Of a stretch of DNA of 64,000 nucleotides, positions 48,744-58,016 are shown piece by piece (position 1 is the first letter of the stretch; each line of letters starts with the position of its first letter). Position numbers and translations under genes: made by a program. The DNA is from Planctomycetota bacterium (GTDB lineage: Bacteria > Planctomycetota > PLA2 > JAEUHO01). The notes beneath the pieces are model-generated. The model was not told the DNA's origin, ran no database searches, and worked only from the letters and a program-made list of their open reading frames with translations. The stretch covers positions 64,001-128,000 of the forward strand of contig CBDCWP010000041.1 in the NCBI GenBank assembly GCA_965223505.1. The letters are read 5' to 3'.

Positions 48744-51700
48744 ACCTCCCGCGCTTCTCCGTACGCAATCCCGTACCGGTCAACCTGCTGATGATCGTCG
48801 TGATCTTCGGCGGTCTCGTCGCGGGTAGCGCGATCATCCGCGAGTTCTTCCCGAACATCGAGCCGGAGCTGGTGACGATCACCGTGCCGTATCCGGGCGC
48901 CACGCCCGAGGAGATCGAGCGCTCGGTCACGCGTCTGGTCGAGCGCGAGATCGAGGACGTCGACGGCGTGAAGGAGATTCGCTCGAGCGTCTTCGAGGGT
49001 CTCACGGTGATCGCAATCGAGCTCGACGACGGGGTCGATCGCAACCGCGTCGTCAACGACCTGCGCGGCGAGGTCGACAAGGTCATCCCGGACCTGCCGG
49101 ACGACGCGGAGGAGCCGGAGATCTCCGAGGCGCGGCCGTTCATCCCCGTGATCGCGGTCGTCGTGTCCGGGGACGTGACCGAAGACAAGCTCCACACCGT
49201 GGTCGAGCAGGTCCAGGACGAGTTGCTGGACCTCGAGGAGGTCACCGAGTCGCTGGTGACCGGCTTCCGGAAGCGCGAGTTCCTAGTGGAGATCCAGCCG
49301 GACCGCCTCGAGGAGTACGGCATCACTTTCGAGCAGGTGGGACGCGCGGTCGGCGCGCTCAACGTCGACGTCCCGGGCGGACAGCTCAAGGGTGACCGCA
49401 CGAACATCCGCGTGCGCACGGTCGGCGAGGAGCGCGTGACCCACGAGCTCGAGAATCGCGTGGTGCTCGCGAGTCCCGACGGCACCGCGGTTCGGCTGGG
49501 CGACGTCGCGCGCGTGATGCCGGGCTTCGAGGACAAGACGGAGCGCGGCAGCTTCCTGCGGATTCGCGAGACCGACTCGACGACGGCGACGCGAAAAGAC
49601 GAGCGCGCGCCGACGACCGGTCAGTCCGCCGCGTCGATCACGGTGTTCAAGACGCCCGAGCAGGACGCGATCAAGATCGCAGAGCGCGTGCGCGCCTTCG
49701 TCGCCGACGCGCCGACGCGCATGGGCGGCGCGGTCAAGCTCGAGACGACGACGGACCTGTCGCGCCTGATCCAGCAGCGCATCGACCTGATGACGCGCAA
49801 CGCGATCGCCGGGCTGATCCTGGTGCTGATCTGCCTGGCCGTGTTCCTGGAGCTGCGCATCGCGATCTGGGTCGCGCTCGGCCTGGGCTTCGCCTTCATG
49901 GGCACGTTCATCGTGATGTACTTCACGGGCCAGACGATCAACCTCATCAGCCTGTTCGGCTTGATCGTCGTGCTGGGCCTGATCGTCGACGACGCCATCG
50001 TCATCGCGGAGAACATCTTCCGCAGGCGGCGGGAGGGAATGCCGCCGCTCGAAGCCGCGGAGAAGGGCACGAACGAGGTCGCCGTGCCGGTGATCACGGC
50101 GGTGCTCACGACGTGCGCGGCATTCGGTCCCCTGGCGTTCATCGAAGGCCGGATGGGCGACTTCCTGGGTGTCTTGCCGGGCGTCGTCATCTGCGCGCTG
50201 GGCGTCTCGCTCATCGAGGCGTTCCTGATCCTGCCGCGGCACCTCGCGCACGGACGCCACGGCCCGCCCTCCGACAACGCGTTCTCGCGGTTCTTCGCCA
50301 AGTGGCGCACGGTGCGACATCGGTTCTTCGAGGAGACGTTGCCAGGCATCCTGGGGCGGTCGCTGCGCTTCCTCATTCGCTGGCGGTACGTGTCGGTCGC
50401 CACGATGTTCGTCACGGTCATTCTGATGGCCGGGCTGGTCGTCGGCGGCATCGTTCCGTTCGTCCTGCTGCAGGACACCGATGCCGAGACGATCACGTCG
50501 AAGCTGGAAATGGCGGCCGGTACGCCGGAGGCGCGCACGATCGAGACGCTGTCGAGGATCGAGCAGATCGTCGCGGCGCAGCCCGAGGTCGGCACGGTCT
50601 TCACCGTCGTCGGCACGTCCTTCGGCGATCGCGGCAGACAGGTCGCTTCGGACCCCGCGGTCGTCGGACAGATCACGATCGAGCTCTTGTCCGCCGAGAG
50701 CCGCGAGCTGGACGGTCTGCGCACGTCGACCGACCTGTTGACGGCACTTCGGCGCGAGACGGCGCAGCTCCCCGGCGTGCGTCGGATTTCGTTCACCTCC
50801 CAGGGCGGCGGTCCGCAGGGCGCCGACCTCGAGGTGCGCGTGCGCAGCACGAACCTCGAGGACCTGCGGAAGGGCGTCGCGTACGTGCGCGACAAGATGG
50901 CTGCGTTCTCCGGCGTCTCGGAGATCTACGACGACCTCGAGCTGGGAAAGCTCGAAGCCCGGCTGCGCCTGCGGCCCGAGGCCCGGCTGATGGGGCTGAG
51001 CACCGTCGATGTCGCCGTGCAGGTGCGGCACGCGCTGTTCGGGTTCGAGGCGCAGGACCTGCAGATCGGCAACGAAGAGGTGACGGTGCGCGTGATGCTG
51101 CCGGAGCAGCGACGACGCAACCTGGAGGACCTCGGGACGCTTCGCATCGCGCTGCCGAACGGGCGCCGAGTTCCCATCGAAGAGCTCGTCACGTTCACGA
51201 CGGACCGCGGGTACGCGTCGCTCTCGCGCGTCGACGGCAAGCGCGCGGCGACGATCAAGGCCGAGGTCGATCAGCGCACGGCGAACACGGCGCAGATCAC
51301 GGCGGAGCTGCAGCGGGACATCGCGGACATCGGCGAGCGCTTTCCGGGCGTATCGGTGACGTTCGAAGGCGCGCGCAAGGAGACGCGCGAGTCGGTCGGC
51401 TCGCTCTTCTACCTGTTCCCGGCCGCCCTGCTGTTCATCTTCGCGATCATCGCCGTGCTCTTCCGATCGTATCTGCAGCCGATCGTGGTGATGGCGGCGA
51501 TCCCGTTCGCGATGGTGGGCGCGATCGTCGGGCACTTCCTCATGGGGTACCCGTTCACCATCCTCTCGATGATCGGGTTGGTGGCGCTGGCGGGCATCGT
51601 GGTGAACGACGGGCTGATCCTGGTCGACTTCATCAATCGCCGGCGGCGCAAGGGCCAGCAGCTCGAAGCGGCGGTGGTGGACGCGGCGAAGGGGCGCATG

Positions 51701-51985
51701 CGTCCGATCCTGCTCACGTCGATCACGACGTGCGCGGGCCTGGCGCCGCTGATGCTCGAGACCAGCTTCCAGGCGCAGTTCCTGATCCCGATGGCGGTGT
51801 CGATCGTCTTCGGGCTCGCGTTCGCGACCGGCATCATCCTCGTGCTGATCCCGTTGCTCGTGATCATCCTCGAGGACGTGCGGGCGTGTCTGCGCTGGTT
51901 GTTCGGCGGTCCGTGGAGCCGGCAGCTCGGCTACGACCCCGCGGCGGGGGTGGGCGCGTCGAGCAGCGAGCTATCGGACGGCTAG
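48740..51985 (+). CDS. RND efflux permease (AcrB/AcrD/AcrF family)
   Basis: YPGATPEEIE, GLIVDDAIVIAENI, GIVVNDGLILVDF, RMRPILLTSITT. Confidence 0.95.
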   Translation: MNLPRFSVRNPVPVNLLMIVVIFGGLVAGSAIIREFFPNIEPELVTITVPYPGATPEEIERSVTRLVEREIEDVDGVKEIRSSVFEGLTVIAIELDDGVDRNRVVNDLRGEVDKVIPDLPDDAEEPEISEARPFIPVIAVVVSGDVTEDKLHTVVEQVQDELLDLEEVTESLVTGFRKREFLVEIQPDRLEEYGITFEQVGRAVGALNVDVPGGQLKGDRTNIRVRTVGEERVTHELENRVVLASPDGTAVRLGDVARVMPGFEDKTERGSFLRIRETDSTTATRKDERAPTTGQSAASITVFKTPEQDAIKIAERVRAFVADAPTRMGGAVKLETTTDLSRLIQQRIDLMTRNAIAGLILVLICLAVFLELRIAIWVALGLGFAFMGTFIVMYFTGQTINLISLFGLIVVLGLIVDDAIVIAENIFRRRREGMPPLEAAEKGTNEVAVPVITAVLTTCAAFGPLAFIEGRMGDFLGVLPGVVICALGVSLIEAFLILPRHLAHGRHGPPSDNAFSRFFAKWRTVRHRFFEETLPGILGRSLRFLIRWRYVSVATMFVTVILMAGLVVGGIVPFVLLQDTDAETITSKLEMAAGTPEARTIETLSRIEQIVAAQPEVGTVFTVVGTSFGDRGRQVASDPAVVGQITIELLSAESRELDGLRTSTDLLTALRRETAQLPGVRRISFTSQGGGPQGADLEVRVRSTNLEDLRKGVAYVRDKMAAFSGVSEIYDDLELGKLEARLRLRPEARLMGLSTVDVAVQVRHALFGFEAQDLQIGNEEVTVRVMLPEQRRRNLEDLGTLRIALPNGRRVPIEELVTFTTDRGYASLSRVDGKRAATIKAEVDQRTANTAQITAELQRDIADIGERFPGVSVTFEGARKETRESVGSLFYLFPAALLFIFAIIAVLFRSYLQPIVVMAAIPFAMVGAIVGHFLMGYPFTILSMIGLVALAGIVVNDGLILVDFINRRRRKGQQLEAAVVDAAKGRMRPILLTSITTCAGLAPLMLETSFQAQFLIPMAVSIVFGLAFATGIILVLIPLLVIILEDVRACLRWLFGGPWSRQLGYDPAAGVGASSSELSDG

Positions 51986-52020
51986 GCGACGCGGCTCAGC
52001 GCGGCGCCGCGCGGGAGGAC

Positions 52021-52137
52021 TTAGCGCCAGATGTCCGCCGACGGCGGACAGTTCGGTCCCGTTCACCCGCCGGAGGTGCAGCCGGCAAGAAACGCGGCCG
52101 CAGTGGTGACGACGAGTAGGGCAAGAAGCTTGCGCAT
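52021..52137 (-). CDS. Candidate 38-aa selenocysteine-containing lipopeptide (24-aa peptide if UGA is a stop)
   Basis: GAGGGAGA RBS; MRKLLALLVVTTAAAFLAGC-TSGG-UGA-TGPNCPPSADIWR-TAA; LAGC lipobox; TGA at 52063-52065; hairpin 12 nt downstream. Confidence 0.65.
52032..52050 (-). promoter_or_regulatory. SECIS-like hairpin of the candidate lipopeptide
   Basis: TGTCCGCC-GTC-GGCGGACA, perfect 8-bp stem, loop starting with G 20 nt after the UGA. Confidence 0.6.
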
Positions 52138-52235
52138 GAATGTCTCCCTCGAGGCGGCGCAAGGGTGGGCTGCCGCGTCGATTCCGTATGCCTTGCTTCC
52201 CGTACGTCCCGCGCAACAGGAAGTTGGTCAGGAAA

Positions 52236-53795
52236 TCAATCGGCTTCGAAGAGCGCCTTCGCCACCGCGGTGTCGATCTTGGCACCGACGTCGGTCTCGG
52301 CGGTGAGGAGGGTCGCGTTGTCGTAGGCGGCCGCGGCGGCCTGGGCGAGCGCGTGCGCGTCACCGAATCCGACGAACGCGAGCTTGTGCGACGCCACGAG
52401 TCGTGCCGGCGCGGCGTCGATGTAGCGCTCGGGGTCCTTCACGCCGGCAGGCAGGATCAGCACCCCCATGCCGCGGTCTACGGCGACGTTCACGAGGCCG
52501 TGGAAAGCGCCGAACGAGCGCTCGGAGCGGAACACGACGAGCAGGCCCTTGAACAAGCCGCGCGCGCCGGGCGCGACCATGGCCTCCTTGCCCCCGACGC
52601 GGATGCGCGTGGGCAGCGCCTGGTTGCCGAGATCGGCCGGTAGGCGGGTGCCTTCGCCGGCGATGCCGAGGATGGCGTCCGTGGCCGCGCGGGAGAGCAC
52701 GGCGCACTCGAGTCGATCTTCGAGCTTCTTCAGGTCCTCGAGCAGATCGTCGGCGCCGTTGGCTTGCATGAGGCGTAGGCAGCCGAGCACGACGTAGCCT
52801 TGCTCGCTCTCGACGCGCAATGCCTCGACGTCCCCCATCAGGATCCCGCGCAGCAGATCACGGCAGGCCTGATGCGGTTCGGCCGAGACCAGCGCCTCGG
52901 CGCTGGCACTGCGCGCTTCGGGATGCTTGTCGAGCGCCATGACGAGCCGGCGCAGCAGATCACCGGTGTCCTTGACGCCGTAGCGGCCGAGGAAGCGCGC
53001 GGTGACCTCCGCGTTGTGACGAAGCCCGTCGCTGGAGACGCTCTCGAAGGTGTCGTCGGAGTCGAGGAACGACTCGAGGTCGCTGCTCGCGCTCGTGAGC
53101 GAGCGAAACTCGTTGCTGCGACGAACGAGCTCCATCGACTCTTCGGCGGTGCGGTCGGCGCCGTCCCACGGCTGGACACCGTCCAGATGCACGATGCCGA
53201 AGTGGTCGCCGTGCTCAACGACGCGGATGTAGCGCTCGCCGTCGTAGCGCCCGAACAGCGCGACGCGCTGGCCCGGTTGGATGCTGGCGGGAAAGCGGCA
53301 GGAGCGCCCTTTGGCGTCGCCGAAGATCGTCTCCTCGACGCGCAGACGCAGCACGCCGTTGAAGCGCTCAGTGGTGCCGATCAGCAACACGTCGCTCGAG
53401 CGGGCGAGGTCCTTCGCCGAGATCTGCTGTGCGGCGTAGGCCGTCGGCAGGAACAGGTCGTCGTCGGCCTGGTTGAAAAACGCGACCGACGCGCCGACGG
53501 CGACGAGCACGCAGGCGGCGACGGCGAGGCGGGGCAGCGTGAGTGCTCGCTTGCGGCGCGCGACTCGCTCCGGCTGGCCGGTGACGGCGCGCAGGATGTT
53601 GTCCTTGACGTGGCACGGCGCGGGCTTGGGATCGACGGCCTTGCGTACGAGGCGCACCATCTCTTCGGCTTCGCGGTACTGACGCGCCCAATCGGGCGAG
53701 GTGCGGATCAGGTGTTCGAGCCGCGCCTCTTCTTCGGGCGTGAGGACGCCGGCCAGGTGTCGATCGATCAGTTGCTTGTCATCCGAGGTGTTCAT
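52236..53795 (-). CDS. Putative transmembrane anti-sigma factor
   Basis: N-terminal IDRHLAGVLTPEEEARLEHLI anti-sigma-like domain (no ZAS Cys), single TM, large HEAT-like extracytoplasmic region; coupled to ECF sigma. Confidence 0.72.
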   Translation of the reverse strand: MNTSDDKQLIDRHLAGVLTPEEEARLEHLIRTSPDWARQYREAEEMVRLVRKAVDPKPAPCHVKDNILRAVTGQPERVARRKRALTLPRLAVAACVLVAVGASVAFFNQADDDLFLPTAYAAQQISAKDLARSSDVLLIGTTERFNGVLRLRVEETIFGDAKGRSCRFPASIQPGQRVALFGRYDGERYIRVVEHGDHFGIVHLDGVQPWDGADRTAEESMELVRRSNEFRSLTSASSDLESFLDSDDTFESVSSDGLRHNAEVTARFLGRYGVKDTGDLLRRLVMALDKHPEARSASAEALVSAEPHQACRDLLRGILMGDVEALRVESEQGYVVLGCLRLMQANGADDLLEDLKKLEDRLECAVLSRAATDAILGIAGEGTRLPADLGNQALPTRIRVGGKEAMVAPGARGLFKGLLVVFRSERSFGAFHGLVNVAVDRGMGVLILPAGVKDPERYIDAAPARLVASHKLAFVGFGDAHALAQAAAAAYDNATLLTAETDVGAKIDTAVAKALFEAD

Positions 53796-54358
53796 CACTC
53801 GCTCACCAGGTGTTTGAGCTGCGACCGCAGTACGCGGTTCGCGCGGAAGATCTGACTGACGACCGTGCCGACGGGGACCCCCAGCATGCGGCTGATCGTC
53901 TTGACCGGCAGTCCCTGCCCGTAGCGCAGGAGGACGACCGGTCGAAAGTGTTCGGGAAGAGAGGCGATGGCGGCGTGGATCTGCGTGCGCGTCGACGCGC
54001 GATCGTTGAAGCGGCTGTCGTCGTCCGCGCCTTCGTCGGGCAGGACGGAGGCGAGGTCGTCGCTGAGCGCGGGGCGCCGGGGTCGGCGGCGAGCGATCTC
54101 GACGCAGCTTCGAACGACGATGGTGAACAGCCACCCGCCGAAGCGAGCGGGGTCGCGCAGGTGATCGAGCTTGCGAAACGCTAGGATGAACGCGTCCTGT
54201 GCTGCGTCTTCGGCGTCGCCCCAGTTGCGGGTGCGTTGGTAGGCGAGGGCGAGCGCTTGACTCCAGTGCCGGTCGACGATCCGGTCGAAGGCCTCGCGCC
54301 GTCCGGCGCGGGCTTCTTCGACGAGCTGTGCGTCGGTCGGGACGTGGACTCCGGACAT
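53795..54358 (-). CDS. ECF-type RNA polymerase sigma factor
   Basis: DAQLVEEARAGRREAF, DAEDAAQDAF..FGGWLFTI (region 2), LP..VVLLRY..GVPVGTVVSQIFRA (region 4); GGAG RBS. Confidence 0.92.
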   Translation of the reverse strand: MSGVHVPTDAQLVEEARAGRREAFDRIVDRHWSQALALAYQRTRNWGDAEDAAQDAFILAFRKLDHLRDPARFGGWLFTIVVRSCVEIARRRPRRPALSDDLASVLPDEGADDDSRFNDRASTRTQIHAAIASLPEHFRPVVLLRYGQGLPVKTISRMLGVPVGTVVSQIFRANRVLRSQLKHLVSE

Positions 54359-54709
54359 GAACTCCCCTTCCCGCGCGGAGGCGGGAAACGAACCGCAAAG
54401 TACCGCTTCAAGGACGCAGGCCCGTGGGGCCCAATTGCTGCAATTGCACGCCACGGGCGCGCATCGCGGGGCTCGCGACGCCGACCGTCGGGACGAAAGG
54501 CCCTCCGGGGCCCCCCATACGTCACATCGCGCGAGCGCGGCGGGGGGATACGGACTCTCGAAACCGTGTGATGCCGGCGATCCAGGCGCGGTCGAGCGTC
54601 GCTCCTGCGAGTCGTGCGTCGGGAGGCCGCCCGGGCTCGGCGCGCGCAAGTCACGCAATGCGCCGTCGTCCAATGCTTGCAGTCGGCGTTGTTTCTGGAG
54701 GGCGTTGCG

Positions 54710-55105
54710 ATGGACCGCGAACGCGAAGGTGGCTTCACGTTGATCGAGATCATGGTGGTGCTCGTGATCCTGGGCGGCTTGGTGGCGGTGGTCTCGGTGA
54801 ACGTGATCGGCGTGCGGGACGAGGCGGACATCGAAACGGCGAAGACGCAGATGGCGAGCATGGGCCAGGCCATCGAGATCTACCGCATGCGGTACCGCAG
54901 CGTTCCGGACGCGCTGGAGATCCTGACGGAGGACGACGAGCGGTACGGTCGTGCGTTGCTGGCGCGGATTCCGCGCGACCCGTGGAACCAGGAGTACGAG
55001 TACCGGCGGCTCGGGCGGCAGACCTACGAGATCCGCTGCTACGGCGGGGACGGCGAGGCGGACACGGAGGACGACCTGGTGCATCCGTGGACGGAGGACC
55101 GCTAG
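54710..55105 (+). CDS. gspG: Type II secretion major pseudopilin GspG-like protein
   Basis: GFTLIEIMVV prepilin cleavage site, IPRDPWNQEYEY, CYGGDG..TEDD. Confidence 0.85.
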   Translation: MDREREGGFTLIEIMVVLVILGGLVAVVSVNVIGVRDEADIETAKTQMASMGQAIEIYRMRYRSVPDALEILTEDDERYGRALLARIPRDPWNQEYEYRRLGRQTYEIRCYGGDGEADTEDDLVHPWTEDR

Positions 55106-55113
55106 GGTCGAGC

Positions 55114-55200
55114 TGGTGGGCCCGCTGGGACTCGAACCCAGATGGGCTTGCGCCCCGCGGATTTTAAGTCCGCTGCGTATACCAATTCCGCCACAGGCCC
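55114..55200 (-). tRNA. tRNA-Leu (anticodon UAA)
   Basis: GGGCCTG..GGAATTGGTATAC..GCGGACTTAAAATCCGC..long variable arm..GGTTCGAGTCC..CCA. Confidence 0.95.
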
Positions 55201-55303
55201 GGGGAACCAGTCGTGCGGGGCGACTGTACCGCGGCGCCGTTCGGCCCGCACGGGCCCTGGCTTGCGTTCGCCGGATTCGGGGGTTTGCTGTGCATCTTGG
55301 CGG

Positions 55304-55377
55304 GGCACCGTGGCCGAGTGGTTAGGCAACGGATTGCAAATCCGTGTACTCCGGTTCGATTCCGGACGGTGCCTCCA
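55304..55377 (+). tRNA. tRNA-Cys (anticodon GCA)
   Basis: GGCACCG..ACGGATTGCAAATCCGT..CCGGTTCGATTCCGG..CGGTGCC-T-CCA. Confidence 0.95.
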
Positions 55378-55700
55378 TCTTCCGCGCTCGGCGCTGATTG
55401 TTCCGCCCTGTGCGAGTCAGTCGGCTTCGGTATCTGCTCGGTCGTAGCGCCTGGCGCCCACTGACAACGAGACGGCAAGCGCCCGCGCATACGATCCGCT
55501 TCGCGGAGATACGGAGCCCGTATCTGCGCAATATTCGTCGATCGCGGCCCGTTGAACATCGAACAGAAAATCCGGGCTCGGTATCACGCCGCGAGGCGAC
55601 GAAACACCGGTCGGCCTTCTCCGCCCTACCTTCCGAGAGAGACTCCGCCGCCGGCGAGTGGTCCCTCCCGCCCACTTGCTACAACGGCGGAGATGCTGTG

Positions 55701-58016
55701 ATGTTCCTGAAACGCGAGAAACTGTTCGTGAGCTACGCGAGCGACAACGACAGCTTCGTTCGAGACGAGGTGCTCCCGCAAGTCAAGCGCGGGAGGCGCG
55801 ACCCGTGGTTCGCGCCGAAGAACATGGACGGCGGCGTCAACTGGCGCATGGAGCTGCTCGACGGGTTGGAGACCTGCGATCGCCTCCTCGTCGTGGTGTC
55901 GAGAGAGTCTCAAGCCAGCGACTACGTCCGAGACGAGGTCGCCCATGCCGCCAGGCGGCTGCTGGAGAAGCGGGCTAGGCTCGACGCGCGACGGGTCCAC
56001 AGAGCCATCCTACCGGTGAAGCTCGATCCCCGTGACGAGTTCGGGCAGACGCCGGAAGACCGCGACCTGCGAGAGGGCAACCCGCAAGCCGACGTCAATC
56101 CCTATCAGATCCATCCATACCTGACACTCGTCAACTACATCGAGATGCCGCACAGCGCGGCGCTGAACAAGAAGCTCGACCCCGAGACGGGGCGCTATCT
56201 GCACGATCCCGGCGAACTGACGCGGGCGCAGCGCGAGTCGATCCGTGAGTACGTGGAACAGCGCACTGAAGCGCGGGAACGCCTGCTCAAGGCGATTCGA
56301 AACCCGGATGTCCTGCATTGGGGCTTCAAACGATTCGGCCGGATGCTCGCGACGTTCGCGAGTCCGACGTTCCAGCGCTTCGCGCTCGCGTTCGGCGTCG
56401 TCGTTGCGATCTTCGCACTGCTACAGCTGCCGACGAGTCTCTTCTGGAGCGACGAGGTCGTGGACGTCGCACGTGCACCGTCGCTTCGCATCACAGCCAA
56501 CGGAACGACCCTTCCGGTCGATCGGGTGGCCGCCGCGCAAGGCATCCCCCTCGATCTGCGCGACGGTCCGATGAACCTGCTCATCGAAGCGCGCACCCGC
56601 GACGGGGAACCGGCCCGAGCCAGCATCACGTTTCGTCCCGACGCGGAGGCTCTGGCGGCCGCGCAGCCGCACGTGCCGCCGGCCGATGATGGCGCAACGT
56701 CGGACGTGACCGAGGTCGAGCCCGCAGCGACGCTCGACCAACCTACGTACGAAGCGACGGCGCCGACGATCGAGTACCGACTCGAGCGGAGCGGCGCTTG
56801 GAAGCAGCTCGCCGAGGGAGCGGGCATTCCGGTCGGGCCCGGCGACACCCCGCTCTACATCCGGTCCAGCGCCGGCGGCGATCCCACCTCGACCCACGCG
56901 ATCCTGCAGCCGGAACCCAGCGCGCAAGCGCCCACGAAATCAGACCCGGCACAGGACCCGCGCAAGTCCACCGAGACCCATTCCACAGAGACGCCGACGC
57001 TGCCCGACGTCCGGATCGTCTTCGAGACGACGCCGAAGACCGCGTTGGTGGATTCCGAGAGCGGGTTGCGCATCGACGTGGGTGCGCAGATCCAGCTCAT
57101 GGCGCGGGCCGAGACGATGGACGGCACGGTGCTCGAGCGTGCCGCGGTGACGCTGAACCCGCTGGCGCCTTCGATCGAGTTCATCAAGATGACGCAAGGC
57201 GACGACGGCAAGTGGGACGAGGAGCCTTTGGTAGGCGCCGACGAACAGGCGCTTCGTTCGGGGCGCCCGATTCCGACGCTTTCCGTGGAAGCGGATGACG
57301 TCACGAGGCTCGGCATGCGCGTGACCGATGGCGCCGGCAAGCTCACCGCGCGTTACGTCACGCTCGACGCCGTACCTCCGCCGCTCAGCGACACCGAGAT
57401 CAAGGTCCAGTTCCTGGTGCCACTCTTGGACGGATTCCCTCGGACCCAGAAGGTGAAGACGGTCGATGGCTCGGTGGAGTGGAGCAAGATCCCGGACGTC
57501 GCCTTCCCGATCGGCGCGGACGACCCGGTGCTGCAGGTCGTCGCGCGCGCTCCCGGGGGCAAGTGGGCCACCCGGCGCGTTCGCATTCGACCGCCCGGCG
57601 TGACCAAGACATTGCCGCCGATCGAGACGGATCGCGTCGTCGAGGCGCCGCCCGCCGTGCCGGCTCCGGTGATCAAGATCTACAAGGCGGTGCAACGCGA
57701 GCGGGCGCCGGAGTGGATCGACGTGTGGGGCAGCTTCGATCGTCCGGCGACGGCGCTGTCGCTCAACCGCTTCGACATCAGCCGTTACATCCTGAATCCG
57801 GAACGCATGCGTTTCCGCCTGACGATTCGAACGGGCCAGGTCCTGAACCTGCGCCGCCCGATGGTCTTCGAGATGCTGGACGAGCACGGACTCACCGCCT
57901 GCGCGACGCTGGTGCCCGTCATCGTGCCGGTCACGGTCACTGTGCCCGTGCCGGTGCCGGTGCCCGGCGACGACGGCGGACTCGAACACGGCGACCTGTT
58001 CTTCGACGACGGCTAG
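55701..58016 (+). CDS. TIR-domain transmembrane protein with repeated beta-rich extracytoplasmic modules
   Basis: LFVSYAS, WF, G.NW, LLVVVSRESQASDYVRDEV (TIR with catalytic-position Glu); TM FALAFGVVVAIFALL; GGAG RBS. Confidence 0.8.
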   Translation: MFLKREKLFVSYASDNDSFVRDEVLPQVKRGRRDPWFAPKNMDGGVNWRMELLDGLETCDRLLVVVSRESQASDYVRDEVAHAARRLLEKRARLDARRVHRAILPVKLDPRDEFGQTPEDRDLREGNPQADVNPYQIHPYLTLVNYIEMPHSAALNKKLDPETGRYLHDPGELTRAQRESIREYVEQRTEARERLLKAIRNPDVLHWGFKRFGRMLATFASPTFQRFALAFGVVVAIFALLQLPTSLFWSDEVVDVARAPSLRITANGTTLPVDRVAAAQGIPLDLRDGPMNLLIEARTRDGEPARASITFRPDAEALAAAQPHVPPADDGATSDVTEVEPAATLDQPTYEATAPTIEYRLERSGAWKQLAEGAGIPVGPGDTPLYIRSSAGGDPTSTHAILQPEPSAQAPTKSDPAQDPRKSTETHSTETPTLPDVRIVFETTPKTALVDSESGLRIDVGAQIQLMARAETMDGTVLERAAVTLNPLAPSIEFIKMTQGDDGKWDEEPLVGADEQALRSGRPIPTLSVEADDVTRLGMRVTDGAGKLTARYVTLDAVPPPLSDTEIKVQFLVPLLDGFPRTQKVKTVDGSVEWSKIPDVAFPIGADDPVLQVVARAPGGKWATRRVRIRPPGVTKTLPPIETDRVVEAPPAVPAPVIKIYKAVQRERAPEWIDVWGSFDRPATALSLNRFDISRYILNPERMRFRLTIRTGQVLNLRRPMVFEMLDEHGLTACATLVPVIVPVTVTVPVPVPVPGDDGGLEHGDLFFDDG
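57972..58014. repeat. 43-bp direct repeat, copy 1
   Basis: GACGGCGGACTCGAACACGGCGACCTGTTCTTCGACGACGGCT; 40/43 identical to 61390-61432. Confidence 0.85.

Noticed and set aside
54710..55105. Type II secretion gene cluster
   Set aside because: Only a solitary gspG-like pseudopilin is present, with no gspD/E/F in the window.
57972..58014. 43-bp repeat as an integron attC site or tRNA fragment (its reverse complement contains GTTCGAGTCC)
   Set aside because: No RYYYAAC/GTTRRRY ends or attC-like palindrome, no cloverleaf and no integron integrase.
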